Below, piece by piece: positions 27,310 through 39,701 of a stretch of 64,000 nucleotides of DNA. A program made the translations under genes and the position numbers. Under the pieces are notes generated by a model, which saw nothing but the letters and a program-made list of their open reading frames with translations, did no database searches and was not told the DNA's origin. Numbering within the stretch: the stretch's first letter is position 1; the number at the start of each line of letters is the position of its first letter. The stretch spans positions 12,432,485-12,496,484 of the forward strand of contig NC_134027.1 in the NCBI RefSeq assembly GCF_964204645.1, given 5' to 3'. The DNA comes from Tubulanus polymorphus. Taxonomy: Eukaryota > Animalia > Nemertea.

Positions 27310-28560
27310 TTAAGGCCACTTGGGGCATAGCCCCAACAGGCTATTGTGTTCAATTTTCTTCTGCTGCCCGCCTGATTCGATGGGTTTTCTTGATATTTGG
27401 CAAATACATGTATCTGCCCTGCCAATCAAGTTTTCAAGTGAAATTTTGAAGACGCTGCAGTCAATCACCTTGATGTTTCATATCTGATATTTAAACCTTG
27501 ATGTATATTTGCCCCCCTAGGGCCCATCAGCATAAGAACAAATTTTCGTCCATGAGACGAAGCATGGCCATCCTATGACTTTGTTGTGGCCAAAAATACC
27601 TGTAGTTTTGAGGTTTATAGCTCCTTGATAGTTTGCCATTTTTTATTGAAAATTCGTGATTGGGTATATTTTAGCAAAGGAGCTTTTAAACGTATGGGAT
27701 GGGTATTAGGTCAATTTTTCATAGACGGTGGCCATCTATGTTTATATGTATATGTATGCATATTTTTGAACCTTTATCATTGGCGAATTTGCAGACGATA
27801 CTATGTTTTGTGATTATGGTGAGTTTCAAGGTCATTGGTTTCTACATTTTCACCAGGGGTATTGAATAGCAGAATGACATGGTATATTTCCATAGATAAT
27901 GGTACCAATGCATATTTTGTAACTCAATCGATTGCAAAATTGTAGCTCCTGATAAATTCTCTATGATTATGGTGAGTTTCAAGTTCATGATTTCTGTTAT
28001 TTACAAAGGGGTGTTGAATAGCTGAATTATGTGGTATCTGTGTTACAATCCCGAGGGGACTACAATTTGTATTACATACTGTGGCGAATTAAAGGCATGA
28101 ATTGATAGCTACTTAGGATATTCCGATTGACAAATGGAATTCCGGTCATTGAAATCCTAAGAGCCAACAAAACCAATTTATATGAAATTTGGTGGAGGGC
28201 CCAGTTTCACAAACAAATTTAACTTGTAACTCGAATAGCGATATATCCTGAATTAATGAAGAAATTAAATTGATTTAATAGTGAAACCTTTTTGTAAAAC
28301 TGGACCCTGGGCTTAAACGCCCCCTTGGGTTTCCACAGATATTTGACTAATTTCCTTATATATTGGTACTTATGCATATATTGTAACATCAACCAATTGC
28401 AAAATTGTAGCTTATGATATGCTCTATGATTTGATGATTTTCGAGGCCATTAGTTTGTGTATATGTTCATGCATATGGGTTGATGTATTGAGGCATAGCA
28501 CAGTATTTCTTTTCAAGTTTCAGCATTCACCAAGTGGGCGTGGTGTCCGTGGATTCCTAT
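27310..28560. mobile_element. Unclassified non-autonomous element with a 5' hairpin and internal tandem units of about 154 bp
   Basis: Hairpin ttggggcatagccccaa near the start; tgattatggtgagtttcaag repeated at about 27811 and 27964. A small inverted-repeat MITE at about 28196-28310 is nested inside. Boundaries approximate. Confidence 0.4.
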
Positions 28561-30214
28561 TTCAATTAATGATATTTCAAAATTCCAATTTATCGAGTAA
28601 TGAACATTCCGTGTAGTAGCCATTAAGTTTTTTTTTTAATTCAAATGTTTAAACAGTTGATGAGATTCCCATGCAGAGATGCTCTCAGGGGCTTTCGAAA
28701 CATAATACGCTGAAACAAGATGTTTCAAGGGATAGTTCATCAAATTCAGGTCGATTGGCTTCCCAGGAAGGCTATCTGTGGGCTTTGATGAAAAGTGATG
28801 TTTTCCCTCTAATCATTGCGTTTGTTTATGAACTAAGTTATTAAGGCTTTCAAAGATACCTTGTTTCTCAACTCTGGCTAGGTCCCAGAAAATTTGGCCC
28901 AAAATCATTAAAAACTTCAGCCTGCCGGGTCTTGTTCAAATTCATGTTATTCTTTTCTAAATATAGAATGATATCGAGCTGTAAGGTTATCTTCTTTAGT
29001 ATAAAATACTACAGTAAACAGACAAATCAGTACTGCTATCAGCAGTTTTTGACCAAGCTCTTTTTCTGTGTAAAATTGTAGCTAACAGTACCCAGAGTGT
29101 CAATAACTCAAGACTAAATTTTTAGGGGATAGCCTCTCTAAAGACTGCTCTAAATATGGGCCGTATGGCTATGACTAAATATATGACTTTATTAACAATA
29201 TATGTCCAGTTTCCTATTCGCTAAAATGATAGCCAATTGTCAACTGATTAAGACTCAAAATTCTGGGACAAAACGAAAGTGGTTTGTTCAGTACTAATTC
29301 GGAGTAAAGCTGTTTTTTTTTTACAAATGTATGAATTCGCCATTTAAATAATTCATGTTAAATGGGTATCGATTGTTGTGTCCTCTCAACGACTTGTATT
29401 CATACGATGTATTCTGATATCCATTAAATGTTGCGGTCGTATGGATTCCTGTAACTTTATCGTACCAACCGATGAATAGAGAGCCGCATATGTATAGATA
29501 TTTCCAACTCGTGAAGAAGTGTGTGAGAGTCAATAACCACGAATCGAAGAAATACAGAGATTATTAAGCGCGTGAATCGATGGTCTTATCGAAATTCATT
29601 ATTACCGTGAACTGTAGTAGACTCGTTGATTGACTATTCCATTTTATTAAACCGAGGCGAGACTGGCTCGCGATAGAAACATCATTGCATGTTTTTTTTT
29701 CTAAATTTCGTTGTGTTCAGTTGTTGTTTTGTTGTGAAAGCCACTCAGGGAAAACATATGGCATTTTCCAACCCGGCATACAAGTTTTTGATATACAACT
29801 AGATGAAAATCAATATTTCTCGTCAGTCATTTCACGTTGAAAGTGCTTTCTAATTGATTTCTTTTGATGGTTGTTAAACTGCTGTAATGTTCACCTTCCT
29901 TTTCGTAATCAGACAGTGACCCTATCTGATAAAGTTTTAGATTAAGCAGACTTGTGGGCACGATGTATGTGGACCCCGATTCTAGAATTTTGACCTTCTG
30001 GCACTAATTGCATATGGACATTAACCTTGTGGACAACAGTATTTGAAAAAGATTGTTATTGTGTGTTAGTGTTTCTTTTTCAGCTACTCGAAACAGCATT
30101 TTTCTCACTAAACAGGGTTTCTTGTTCCCATAGTCACGAACTTGTCCGCTTCATGTTAATTTCGTGCTGTATGGCTTTAGCACCTATTTAAAACCAGTCG
30201 CAAATCCACCTACT

Positions 30215-30463
30215 GATCAACATTATGGAAGGTGAAAAGCCCAAAACGTGGCCATATGTCATTCGATAGTTAAAGGTTTTAGAAGATGATGATACTACAT
30301 AAAAGATGATGAAAACATGGAATCAAAGGTTTTGAATTTTTTCCATCTTTTATCATCACGCGCTTGTAGCCAGTAGCAATCTTTTAAGAGTCATGATGCT
30401 TTCTAGAACTATCGAATGACATATGACCACGTTTTGGTTATTTTTGCCTACCATAAAGTTGAT
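30215..30463. repeat. Inverted-repeat (hairpin) element abutting the MULE-like MITE
   Basis: ccaaaacgtggccatatgtcattcgatagtt at 30241 pairs with aactatcgaatgacatatgaccacgttttgg at about 30407; arms extend to roughly 55 bp. Confidence 0.75.
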
Positions 30464-30465
30464 GT

Positions 30466-31071
30466 GAATGTAGGTAAAAATGTCCCGGAAAATATGTCCC
30501 TGGAAAAAATGTCCGATAAGGTAGAAAAGTATGTCTCAGTATATCACTACTGATTTAGTAAATTTCACATCATAGTAACACCAGAGAACAAACTTGGTAA
30601 TCGTGTAAATTGCACACTCCATTAAAAAAAGAATTCATTGAGTGACCATGAGAATTATAGGCCTAAAAATTTTGGCATTAATTAGTTTTTCCTATGAGAA
30701 TATGTGAGCTCATTACATGATATGTTAAATTTAAGAAGATTTTACTATTGAATTGAATGCACAGTTGCTAAATAACATATCAACATTAATGGAGAAAATT
30801 ATGAAAAGTTATAAAGTAAATGCACAATTACTTCAATTAATACGTCAAATTTAAGAAGATTTTAAATCTATAATACAAATGATGAAAGCAAAGTTTTTAA
30901 ATCAAATAGTCATTATTTGTTAATTTAAATTGTAATTAAAATGTATTACCAAGTTTGGTCTCTGGTGTTATTATGATGTGAAATTAATTACAATACCAAG
31001 TTAGTAATAATGATAGACTTGGACATTTTTTTCCATGGGACATTTTTCCGGGGACATTTTTACCGTATACC
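30466..31071. mobile_element. MULE/foldback-like MITE
   Basis: Long inverted ends with repeated AAAAATGTCC units and matching cacatcatagtaacaccagaga / tctctggtgttattatgatgtg. 9-bp flanks AGTTGATGT and AGTTGGTGT differ by one base. Confidence 0.8.
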
Positions 31072-31369
31072 AGTTGGTGTAGCATCTACGGTTAGGTTAG
31101 ACGCTATTCGGCTGCGGGAACATAACGGAACATTAACGTATGCAGTGGTTTTACTGATGGATGATGATCACCACCTGTCGCTTCATCGTCTGTCCTTTGC
31201 CCATCAGAGAGCAGAAGGAGAGGAGACAATTAGCAACAACGAATGGCTAGTTAGGACATCATAATCGTTCATATAGTATTAAACATTAACTCCTTCACAC
31301 ACTGCCATTGCGCGGCAACGGCAATTTATTCCTGGGCTGTCATGATGTCTGTTTACATTATTTCTTGTC

Positions 31370-31383
31370 GTTACTATGGCAAC
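31370..31383. promoter_or_regulatory. RFX X-box motif, intronic
   Basis: GTTACTATGGCAAC within a CpG-rich, non-repetitive-looking intronic stretch. Confidence 0.45.
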
Positions 31384-33679
31384 ATCGGAAAATAAATCTT
31401 TGCTGGCGGTATCATGTCGGCAGTCTGGCCCGGAATAAGAAATTTCAGGAGGCTATATGGCTGAATGACGCTTGATTTATGTACAAAGCATTGTCAGATG
31501 GAACTCCGGCAATTTCATGCTGTAGAATGTGCAGGAGGGATGGTCATTGACATTTCAATATGATAGCAATTTATAGGTTAATGGCGCATTATGAATTACT
31601 GCGCAAGAATCTTATTTTGCAATATCAAATAGATGCCATTAGGGCGTGTGTCCACTTGACAGTTCATGCTTGTGGTTTTGATTTTGTGCAAATCCTTCAC
31701 TCACGTGTATTGAAGCTTCATGTATGTAGAAGAATCAATATCGTTGTAATGTGCCTTTTCAGCGTATATGACTGATTTCAGATTATTTATTATTTGTGTA
31801 CATGCGCACCTTTTATATGTAAGTTGAGTTGTAATGAACGTTGAATTAACATGAAATTGAACACAGAATAGGTGTTTTGACGCCTTATAAAACGTTACCA
31901 TTATAAAACCTAAACAATGTCCACCGTTGAGCGTCATTTTACAAACGACAACCGTAAATCGATGTGCAAAAAACGTCACAGGTCTATTTGTACACATACA
32001 AGCTATTTGGCAAAATATTATTGACAAAGATGTAGAATGGCTTCCTGTGATTATATAGTGAGCTCTATTTTAACGTCGAAATGTTATATTGCATTGAATA
32101 TCATTAGAAGACGTTTTGTAATAGTAAAGGATGTATGATTATATCAGAAGCGGCAGGGTAATAGAAATGATAAGTAAATCGGATTATTCGGTCAAAATGG
32201 CGGATGTATACACGATTTGGAAGTCTGATATAAAATTAAGACCCTGACATGGGGACGCTGGTGGAATGACGAAGCTATCTACGATCTTAGGGCCGGCGTG
32301 AATTTCATCGGCGGCTACAAGCGGTCAATATAAAAGTGTGATAACATATGATTTCAATATTCAAATGTTTTAGAAAAATATGTTTGATATTAGGGGTATG
32401 CAGGTTTCTTGAGATTAGCAATTTATAATAGCATAGCTGTCATATAGGGCTCCGCGTTCTCTGATGGCATGTGTAGGTGACAATTCAATTCAATTCTATA
32501 TTGATCCTTATTACATATAAAATTCCGGGATAAAATTCCCAAATTCAATAAAGTTACAAATTTAAGAATAAAAACATACAAGACACGCGTAATTCATACC
32601 GAATAACATAAACAAGTTATTTTAAATGACTGTCTTCTTCAACCCAGACTTAGGAGGATATTGAGTGACAGCCAAACCGGGCGGACCGGTGAATGAAGTC
32701 GGTCGCAAGTTATCAATTATTGACAATTTTCAATAAAAAACTTTTAGCCAGTACTATGTACAGTGGAAGACCTGTATCAGAGGGAGTAAATTTAGATCAG
32801 CCTCTGTCAAAATCTCTTGATAGTGAGCTTGTCACTGCGGGACTGTAAATTTGTTTTTTTTCGTTTTTGAGTTGTTTATTTTTCTCCTGATTTTATTGTT
32901 CTGCTTTTCAGTGAAATAAGTATTGAATTGCAGTGATTGAATTGAGAATAATGGAGAACCTAATGAACAGATGAACCTTTGAGAAATGAATGAACTTTTC
33001 CCTTCAATAGATCAAACATTATGGAAACTATACCGATATCTGAGTAGAAAAATGAATTGAAAGTATATTTGGTAGGTCATATGATAAGGTATGGATTCAG
33101 GACCCTAACCTGCAGTTCGAAGTTCGTTGAAAATGAACAAATTTTAAAAATCTAAGACTGCGTGCTCGTCATGCCATCTGGTGGGATAGCTGGTGTTGCG
33201 GGTGGTCCCCGTTGTTTCCGGTGATAATATTTATAGAGCATCCTCAAAGTAAATACACATGGAAATGGGCTGCACCCATTTATATAACTGGTCCTACCTT
33301 TTGTATGCAAAAATCAATGAATAGCGCTCTACATTCACTCTGGCAGGTACTGACAGTAGCATCTGTGTTGTCACAAACCCATAAAAACGGATAAAGCCTT
33401 TTATTTTGAAAAATTGAGAATGTTTATTCAAATTTATTCGCAATATCTATATCATGAAGGGGACACTGTTGTTTTTCATGTGCAGTTTGCGAAAGATGTA
33501 TTCATAGTTTATTCATGAATAGCTTTGTTATTATAGAGTCATTTTTTTATCAAAATTTATAGAACGGTTTGTTATATTATACAAATTGATAGTTATATCT
33601 GGGTCTCGGGTGTAATTTCAGCCAAATTCAGTTCCTGAAGTTTCCAGTAGATTTTAGAAGTTGCCAATTTAACCTGTCT

Positions 33680-34054
33680 CAGGTGCGGATTCAGATGGTT
33701 GCAGCGTAGGCACGTGCTACCATCGCGAAAATCTCGTGCCCTTTTTTTCATGCCCAAAGTAGAAAACACATTTTTAAAAGATGAGGGAGATGATTTTAAA
33801 CAAAAAGCACATAATTCTTCATGATTTTGTCTTTATTACGTGGAAAATATATCTCAATGCAGTTAATTTGCTTGAAAGCACTTCGTGTCAGGACTTTCAT
33901 TGCTTGGAAATTGCAGCAAAAGAGCAGATTTTCTAAATTTCAGAATGCCCTTTTTAATTGAAGTATGTCCTTTTTATTTCCAAATGCCTTTTTTTCAAAA
34001 TGCCCTTTTTATAAATTGTGCTACCCTCGACAGTGGTCCCTGGATCCGTCCCCG
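33680..34054. mobile_element. CAGGGGCGGATC-type (hAT-like) MITE, degenerate
   Basis: CAGGTGCGGATTCAG...CTGGATCCGTCCCCG with internal tgccc-tttt repeats. Confidence 0.65.
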
Positions 34055-35050
34055 TGTCTGTGTAGTAAATCTTGCACGGAGAACTTGGTCTTCCATTGAA
34101 TTTTGATGAAACTTGGTACAACTATTTTTTTACATATCTAGTTGTGCAGCTGCTATTCATTTTCTGAAAAAATCAGAGATGGCGAATTGGCAGCCATTGA
34201 AACCTGTCTGTGTAGTGTTGTACGGACAACTCGTAGGTCTTTGGTTGTATTTTGATGAAACCTGGTACAACCATTCAGTATGGTATTTAGTTGTACACTT
34301 GTAGTTTATGATGGCTAACTGATGACCATTTTGACATGTATCTGTCTAGTCACGCCGCGGACAACTAGGTCTTTCAATCTGAACCGCATTTGTGGAAACA
34401 GGGTATTGGTCTGTGCAGACATTTCTAGATATTACTGGTCCTGCCATATTTCGCCACAAGTATTTTTATTTATTCAGGTGGTTGTTACTTATTAAGTAAA
34501 CATTTTATGACTGTGGTTTATTATACATTTGGACACGGCAATCTGTGGTAAATTATGGGACATTTTAAAACGATCAAAAACACTCGGTGACCAGCACATT
34601 CAAGAGGCAGATTTCATGGTTCATTATAATCCATTATATATACATCAACTTGAGGCAATATAAACATGATTAAACATGAAACTATATTAATCAGCTTGAT
34701 GACAATTTAATGACCAGATTATTTTAATTCAGGATTGGGTCTGAACGTTTGCCTCATATTAAAAAACTTCCAATTTTTTAGAATCGATAGATATACCCTG
34801 CCATGTTTAAGGTGATGAATTACATTTTATTTTTGATTGTATTACCGTGATGATTTGAATATCTTTAGGAACTTCGATGTATTTGTTAAAAAAAATCCAA
34901 CTTTAGAACTGCTGAATTAATAAGAATAGGTATTGATGTACACTGATCCCTTCAATAGTGTATACAGTGTACAATGTATATTGTATGTAGTATTCAATTG
35001 TAAATTACATTTGTTGGGGTTTATAATGCTTTTATTTTCATTATAAATTA

Positions 35051-35553
35051 TAGGGAAGTTTCCAGTTTCCAGGCGCCATTTTGCGCTAATACGCGCATGC
35101 AGAAAATGGACGGTCAACCATTCGCGTGCGCTTGACTCAACCGTTGGCCATGCGCATTTCTATGAAGATATTTTTGCCAATGTAGTATTAACAAAATCCT
35201 CAGATAAAACTCTATCTTCAATGAAAAGTTCTACAGTGTATCTCAAAACATGAAAAAGTTACAGTCAATAACACAAAATTACCAATCTTTTTGAGGCGCC
35301 TTCCTTAAAGTGACGTATATTTTTTAAACTGTAACTGTATCCGATTGATGCAGCCGAGAAAAATAAAATAAAACACCATCAGAGAATAGAAATTGTCACC
35401 TTTCTAACGATACATGACTTAAATTTTTGAAGGGGGATGGACTACAATGAATCGCGCTAAAGGTTTTAGTCTAAAAAATGTGAAAATCTTTCCAACAATG
35501 CGGGACCCACGGGACCGCCTCAAAATGGCGCTTGGAAACTGGAAACTTCCATA
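35051..35553. mobile_element. hAT-like MITE
   Basis: TIR of about 33 bp, TAGGGAAGTTTCCAGTTTCCAGGCGCCATTTTG versus CAAAATGGCGCTTGGAAACTGGAAACTTCCATA. Target duplication ambiguous. Confidence 0.8.
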
Positions 35554-35809
35554 TTGTAAATACTACAGAAGTTTATTATGACTTGTGATGCAGAGATTCA
35601 CAATTACAATTTAGAACGGATATGGAACCTAGACCTGTATGCAGCCTTTCTTTGGGGAGGGTTGCGAGCGCTGGCGCAAGGATGCTTGCGGGATGGGGTT
35701 CAACTAAGAAAATTTTGGAAATTGAAGTGTTTCAGATGAATTTCCAGGTCAATTCAAGTGAATATTTCATATAAAAAGTTGCTGAAATGTGTGAGATAAT
35801 CAGTGATGG

Positions 35810-36070
35810 AAAATGTAGTCTATATGGTGGGTAGGTGCTTTCACACCTCCGGGTACAGGCCGGGAACCAGTTTCAGTATAGCTTTTGAAGATAACATACA
35901 ATAACCAGATAGTCTTGAGACAGTTAGATAGTCTTGATTCCGCTATTGATTTGATAGGTTGATAGAATTTGTTCTTCTCAACTTCTATCGGTAAATAGTG
36001 AAACTGCATAGCTTCAGAAAGTCTAGGACACCTAGAGACGTGTGCTCTACTAACTGAGCCACTATAGCTG
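35810..36070 (-). mobile_element. Possible tRNA-derived SINE remnant
   Basis: Minus strand reads GTGGCTCAGTTAGTAGAGCAC (A-box-like) from about 36063. No complete cloverleaf. Confidence 0.35.
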
Positions 36071-37759
36071 TTTGCTAGGCTATGATGTTATAGATGGTGA
36101 GCTCACCGATGTTTGAAATACGATAAACAGTTCAGAAGATGCCGGAACTAATCGGGCCAGTGAATTCCAGTGTTTGAATAGATTCCGAAGAAATTAGAGG
36201 AATTCCTCTTCAAAAACACCTTTTACATTTATTTTTCGTATTCATAAGAAAAGGTTTTTAAATACTGGGCATACATCTAAGTACAATTTATGTACTTAAT
36301 GGTATTATAGTTTGAGCTTTATTTTATTTTTTTGTCGATTTCACAATATAGATTATCGGTTTAATGTTATAGACAGTAGCTTCTAGTTAATGTCCCGTGA
36401 TGGAATTTCTAATGAAATCTTCTGGAACCTAGAATAGAATGGGCTTAGTTCTAGGTACTGTTCTGTGAGTGTATTTTTTTAAAAAGATTTTAAGGATTCT
36501 TCTACAAGCCAGAATAATGACTTTCCTTGCCAACGACAGGGAAAAAGTCGACTCCTGCAGCGTATTAGACTAGGCTCCGCGTTTAAGCACTGCGCACGTC
36601 TAATTCCATTGTTTGCATGTGTCTGACTTTTCATCATTACGGTTCTTGTCAATAGCGTTTTCTTCACAAGCTGTCTCATAAATCTCATCTCATTTATCGC
36701 TGATATTTATTGATTTTGCGCGAAACTCGATCAGATTTTGTTGTTACCAAACTGTGTAGTTAGTATGCGTGTATCAGCAGTACACGTCGGTTACAGGTGT
36801 CTGTTCAAGCTGTCACCGTGGCTCGCGGGGCTTTAATGAACATATAACAAGTTAATCGATTATAAGAATTTGTTTTTAACGGTATGGCTTTACGGGAATT
36901 AATGGGTTTTTTTCGTGTCCGATTCGAATGCTCTCCTGCAAAAGTCGATTCGATGGCTATATATATCTGGCTACGCTCTTATTATTCGATCTTATCTATT
37001 CCCGGATCGAGGAAACTAGATCCCAACATCTTTCACAAATTAATTTATTCATTGATGTACATGTAGTTGGACCTGTGTAGAAAACTACAAACATATGACT
37101 TTCCATTTCATTTACAATGGCGTTGCTTCTAAGCAAGTTGCTAAGGAGCAACCTGACTAAATGAAACGGTAAGTATACAGAACTGTAGCTAATGAAATGG
37201 TCATGTCATACATAGTTTTATGTAAAGCGTAATTCGGGTTGCATTAAGATGCAACCTAAGCCGAACGTCTGAGATTCGGTCTTAAGAACACTTAAGTCAC
37301 ATTGTTAGGTCAAGTTGTTGATCTCGCCAAGACTTGTTTGTTGGATCTTATGCCATCTGTGTTGAGCCTTATTCAGTTCGCATAAGATCGCTCGATCATA
37401 GACAGTCAGGTCAATCGGATTTTTAGTGCAACCTGAGTTTAGTTAGGCTTAAGTAAAGCTTTTGATAAAGATATCATGAGGTAACAGGTAAAAATTCGCC
37501 CTGTTCAAAATTCCCCAAATTCAGTTAAAAAAAATCAAATTAGAGTTATATTTGGTAGTGCATATCAGACATGAATGAACTGATGATTTAGGAGGTTATG
37601 TTTTGCTGCAGTTTGTCTGCTCAGTTTTTATCTTAGCAAAATTATCCAATCACCACTCTCAATAAGCCAGTGGGTTAATTGTATGGACTGAGTTTAGATG
37701 TTTGAGTTGTAATAATAGTGATGATAATTTATTTTCTTAAATAGCACTTAACTAAAATC

Positions 37760-38760
37760 ATAATCTAAGCACTTCACATTACTGAAGGCACGGTCACCAA
37801 ATGAACGATTTGAGACAGGAATGATAAGACGGGTTCTGTCTTGACAAGAACGAAGTGCCTGTGCAGGCTTATAAACAGTGACTAGTGATTCAAGATAAGC
37901 AGGAGCAAGACCATGCAAACACTTATAGACAAGGAGAAGAATTTTAAAATCAACAAGGGCAGAAATCGGAAGCCAATGAAGCTTAATTAAAGCTGGAGTA
38001 ATATGGTCAAACTTTTTAGTTTTTGTAATGAGACGAGCTGCATTATTTTGGACTAACTGCAAACAATGAATTAGGGTTGTATTTGTTCCAATGAGAAGAG
38101 AATTTGTATAGTCCAGCCGAGAAGTAACTAAAGATGAGACAGCATATTTACAGGCCTGGTCATCAAGTAGATGACGTATCTTACTAATCGAATACAAATG
38201 AAAGTGCAGTCCTGCATAAACTATTAACATGATCAGTAAGAGAAAAGTTTTCATCAAATACTACACCAAGATTCTTAATTTTGGGTGATGGAAAAATTTC
38301 ACAATCATCAATGTCAAGATGAAGATTATCATCTAGGATATTTCTTTGAATATGACGAACCGATGACAGAAAACTCTGTTGTACTGGAATTTGCCTTGAG
38401 CTTGTTAATTGCCATCCAGTTGAATAGCACTTTGACTAGCTGATTAATTTGATTTAAACTCGATAAAACCTCATCTAAGTTTCTAGGATTCACAACTTTA
38501 TGTAACTGATCATCGTCAGCATAGATATGATATGAAGTATTTGCTGATCGGATAATAGCACCAATAGGCTGTACATACATAAAAGAATAGGGCCCAAAAC
38601 TGAGCCTTGTGGAACACCATACCAGAGGCTTTAAGAACTTGAACTTTTACCTTCAACTATGACAGTTTGGGTGCGTTCTTTCAAGTAACTTTTGATTAAC
38701 TGAATAATATCCTGACCTGTACCAAAATTTGACTCAAGACGATGCAACAGTATGTCATGA
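37760..38760 (-). mobile_element. Decayed L2/CR1-group LINE, reverse transcriptase 3' fragment
   Basis: Minus-strand motifs YGVPQGSVLGP (about 38590-38620), YADD, SRLDYTNSLL and LQLVQNNAARLITKTKKFDHITPALIKLHWLPI, broken by frameshifts and stops. Confidence 0.92.
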
Positions 38761-39398
38761 TTATTTGATGATTTGAATTATTTTTTCAAAGTCCCGCAAT
38801 ATGTCATGATTCTTAAATTTTGATCATGCAAAACACTCAAAAGTCCATTTTATGTCCAATTTTTGATTATGTATTCCGCGATCATATTGAGCATGAAATT
38901 GAAGGAATTACTGCCATGTAAGTTTCATAATCAACATGAGAATGTTGATGAGATTTACAATGAGAATGATATTCACTGGGAGATTTTTTACCCAGTGGGA
39001 TTTTTACCTGGGGGGGATAATTCTATCTACATTTCAATTGTACACTAGTAGCTAGTTTAAAGGTTTACTGTATAGTTCTAGTATAAGGTCATAATTCTGT
39101 GAAACTGGCTGTGGTTTTGTGCAATAATGGTAGCTTATGTTATAGTTACATTATATGAATAGCCTTGAATAGTATTTTCATTCATAGCCTAATGCATTAT
39201 TTAACTGTTGTAAGTATATACAAATTTAATCGGTTTTTGAATGTTTTTTCAAGCTGTTACTGCAGAGAATAATCGTTTGTCGATGGGATTGATTCTTTGT
39301 GTGATGGCATTCAAACCCTACTGTCGGATTTCCTCCCTTTCACAAATGATTTGTGGGTCCTGGAGAAGAGTTTCTGGTGCAGACAACACAGTGACAAA

Positions 39399-39701
39399 AG
39401 CTGTTATTACACAGGCGATTTGGCCCAAGCCAAATTGGAATGGATAAGGCCTGAGTCAAATTTGGCACATGTCTAATCAGAGCGCACGCTCACATGTAAG
39501 CCACTCATGCAATACTAAACAATACCAATCAAAGCAAAGAGATTCATTCCCAGAACCAATTGCAATTCAAACGCAATCATTTGTCTCATGCTAGAATTTC
39601 GATGATTTTGGTTGGGCCAAATTTTCCTGTTTGGCACCTGTGTGAACAGTTGTTCCAGGCCAAATTAGGTATGGGTCAAAAATGCTTGTCTGATCGCAGC
39701 T
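39399..39701 (+). mobile_element. MITE family A
   Basis: Degenerate TIRs agctgttattacac...gtctgatcgcagct with the shared internal sequence. Confidence 0.8.
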
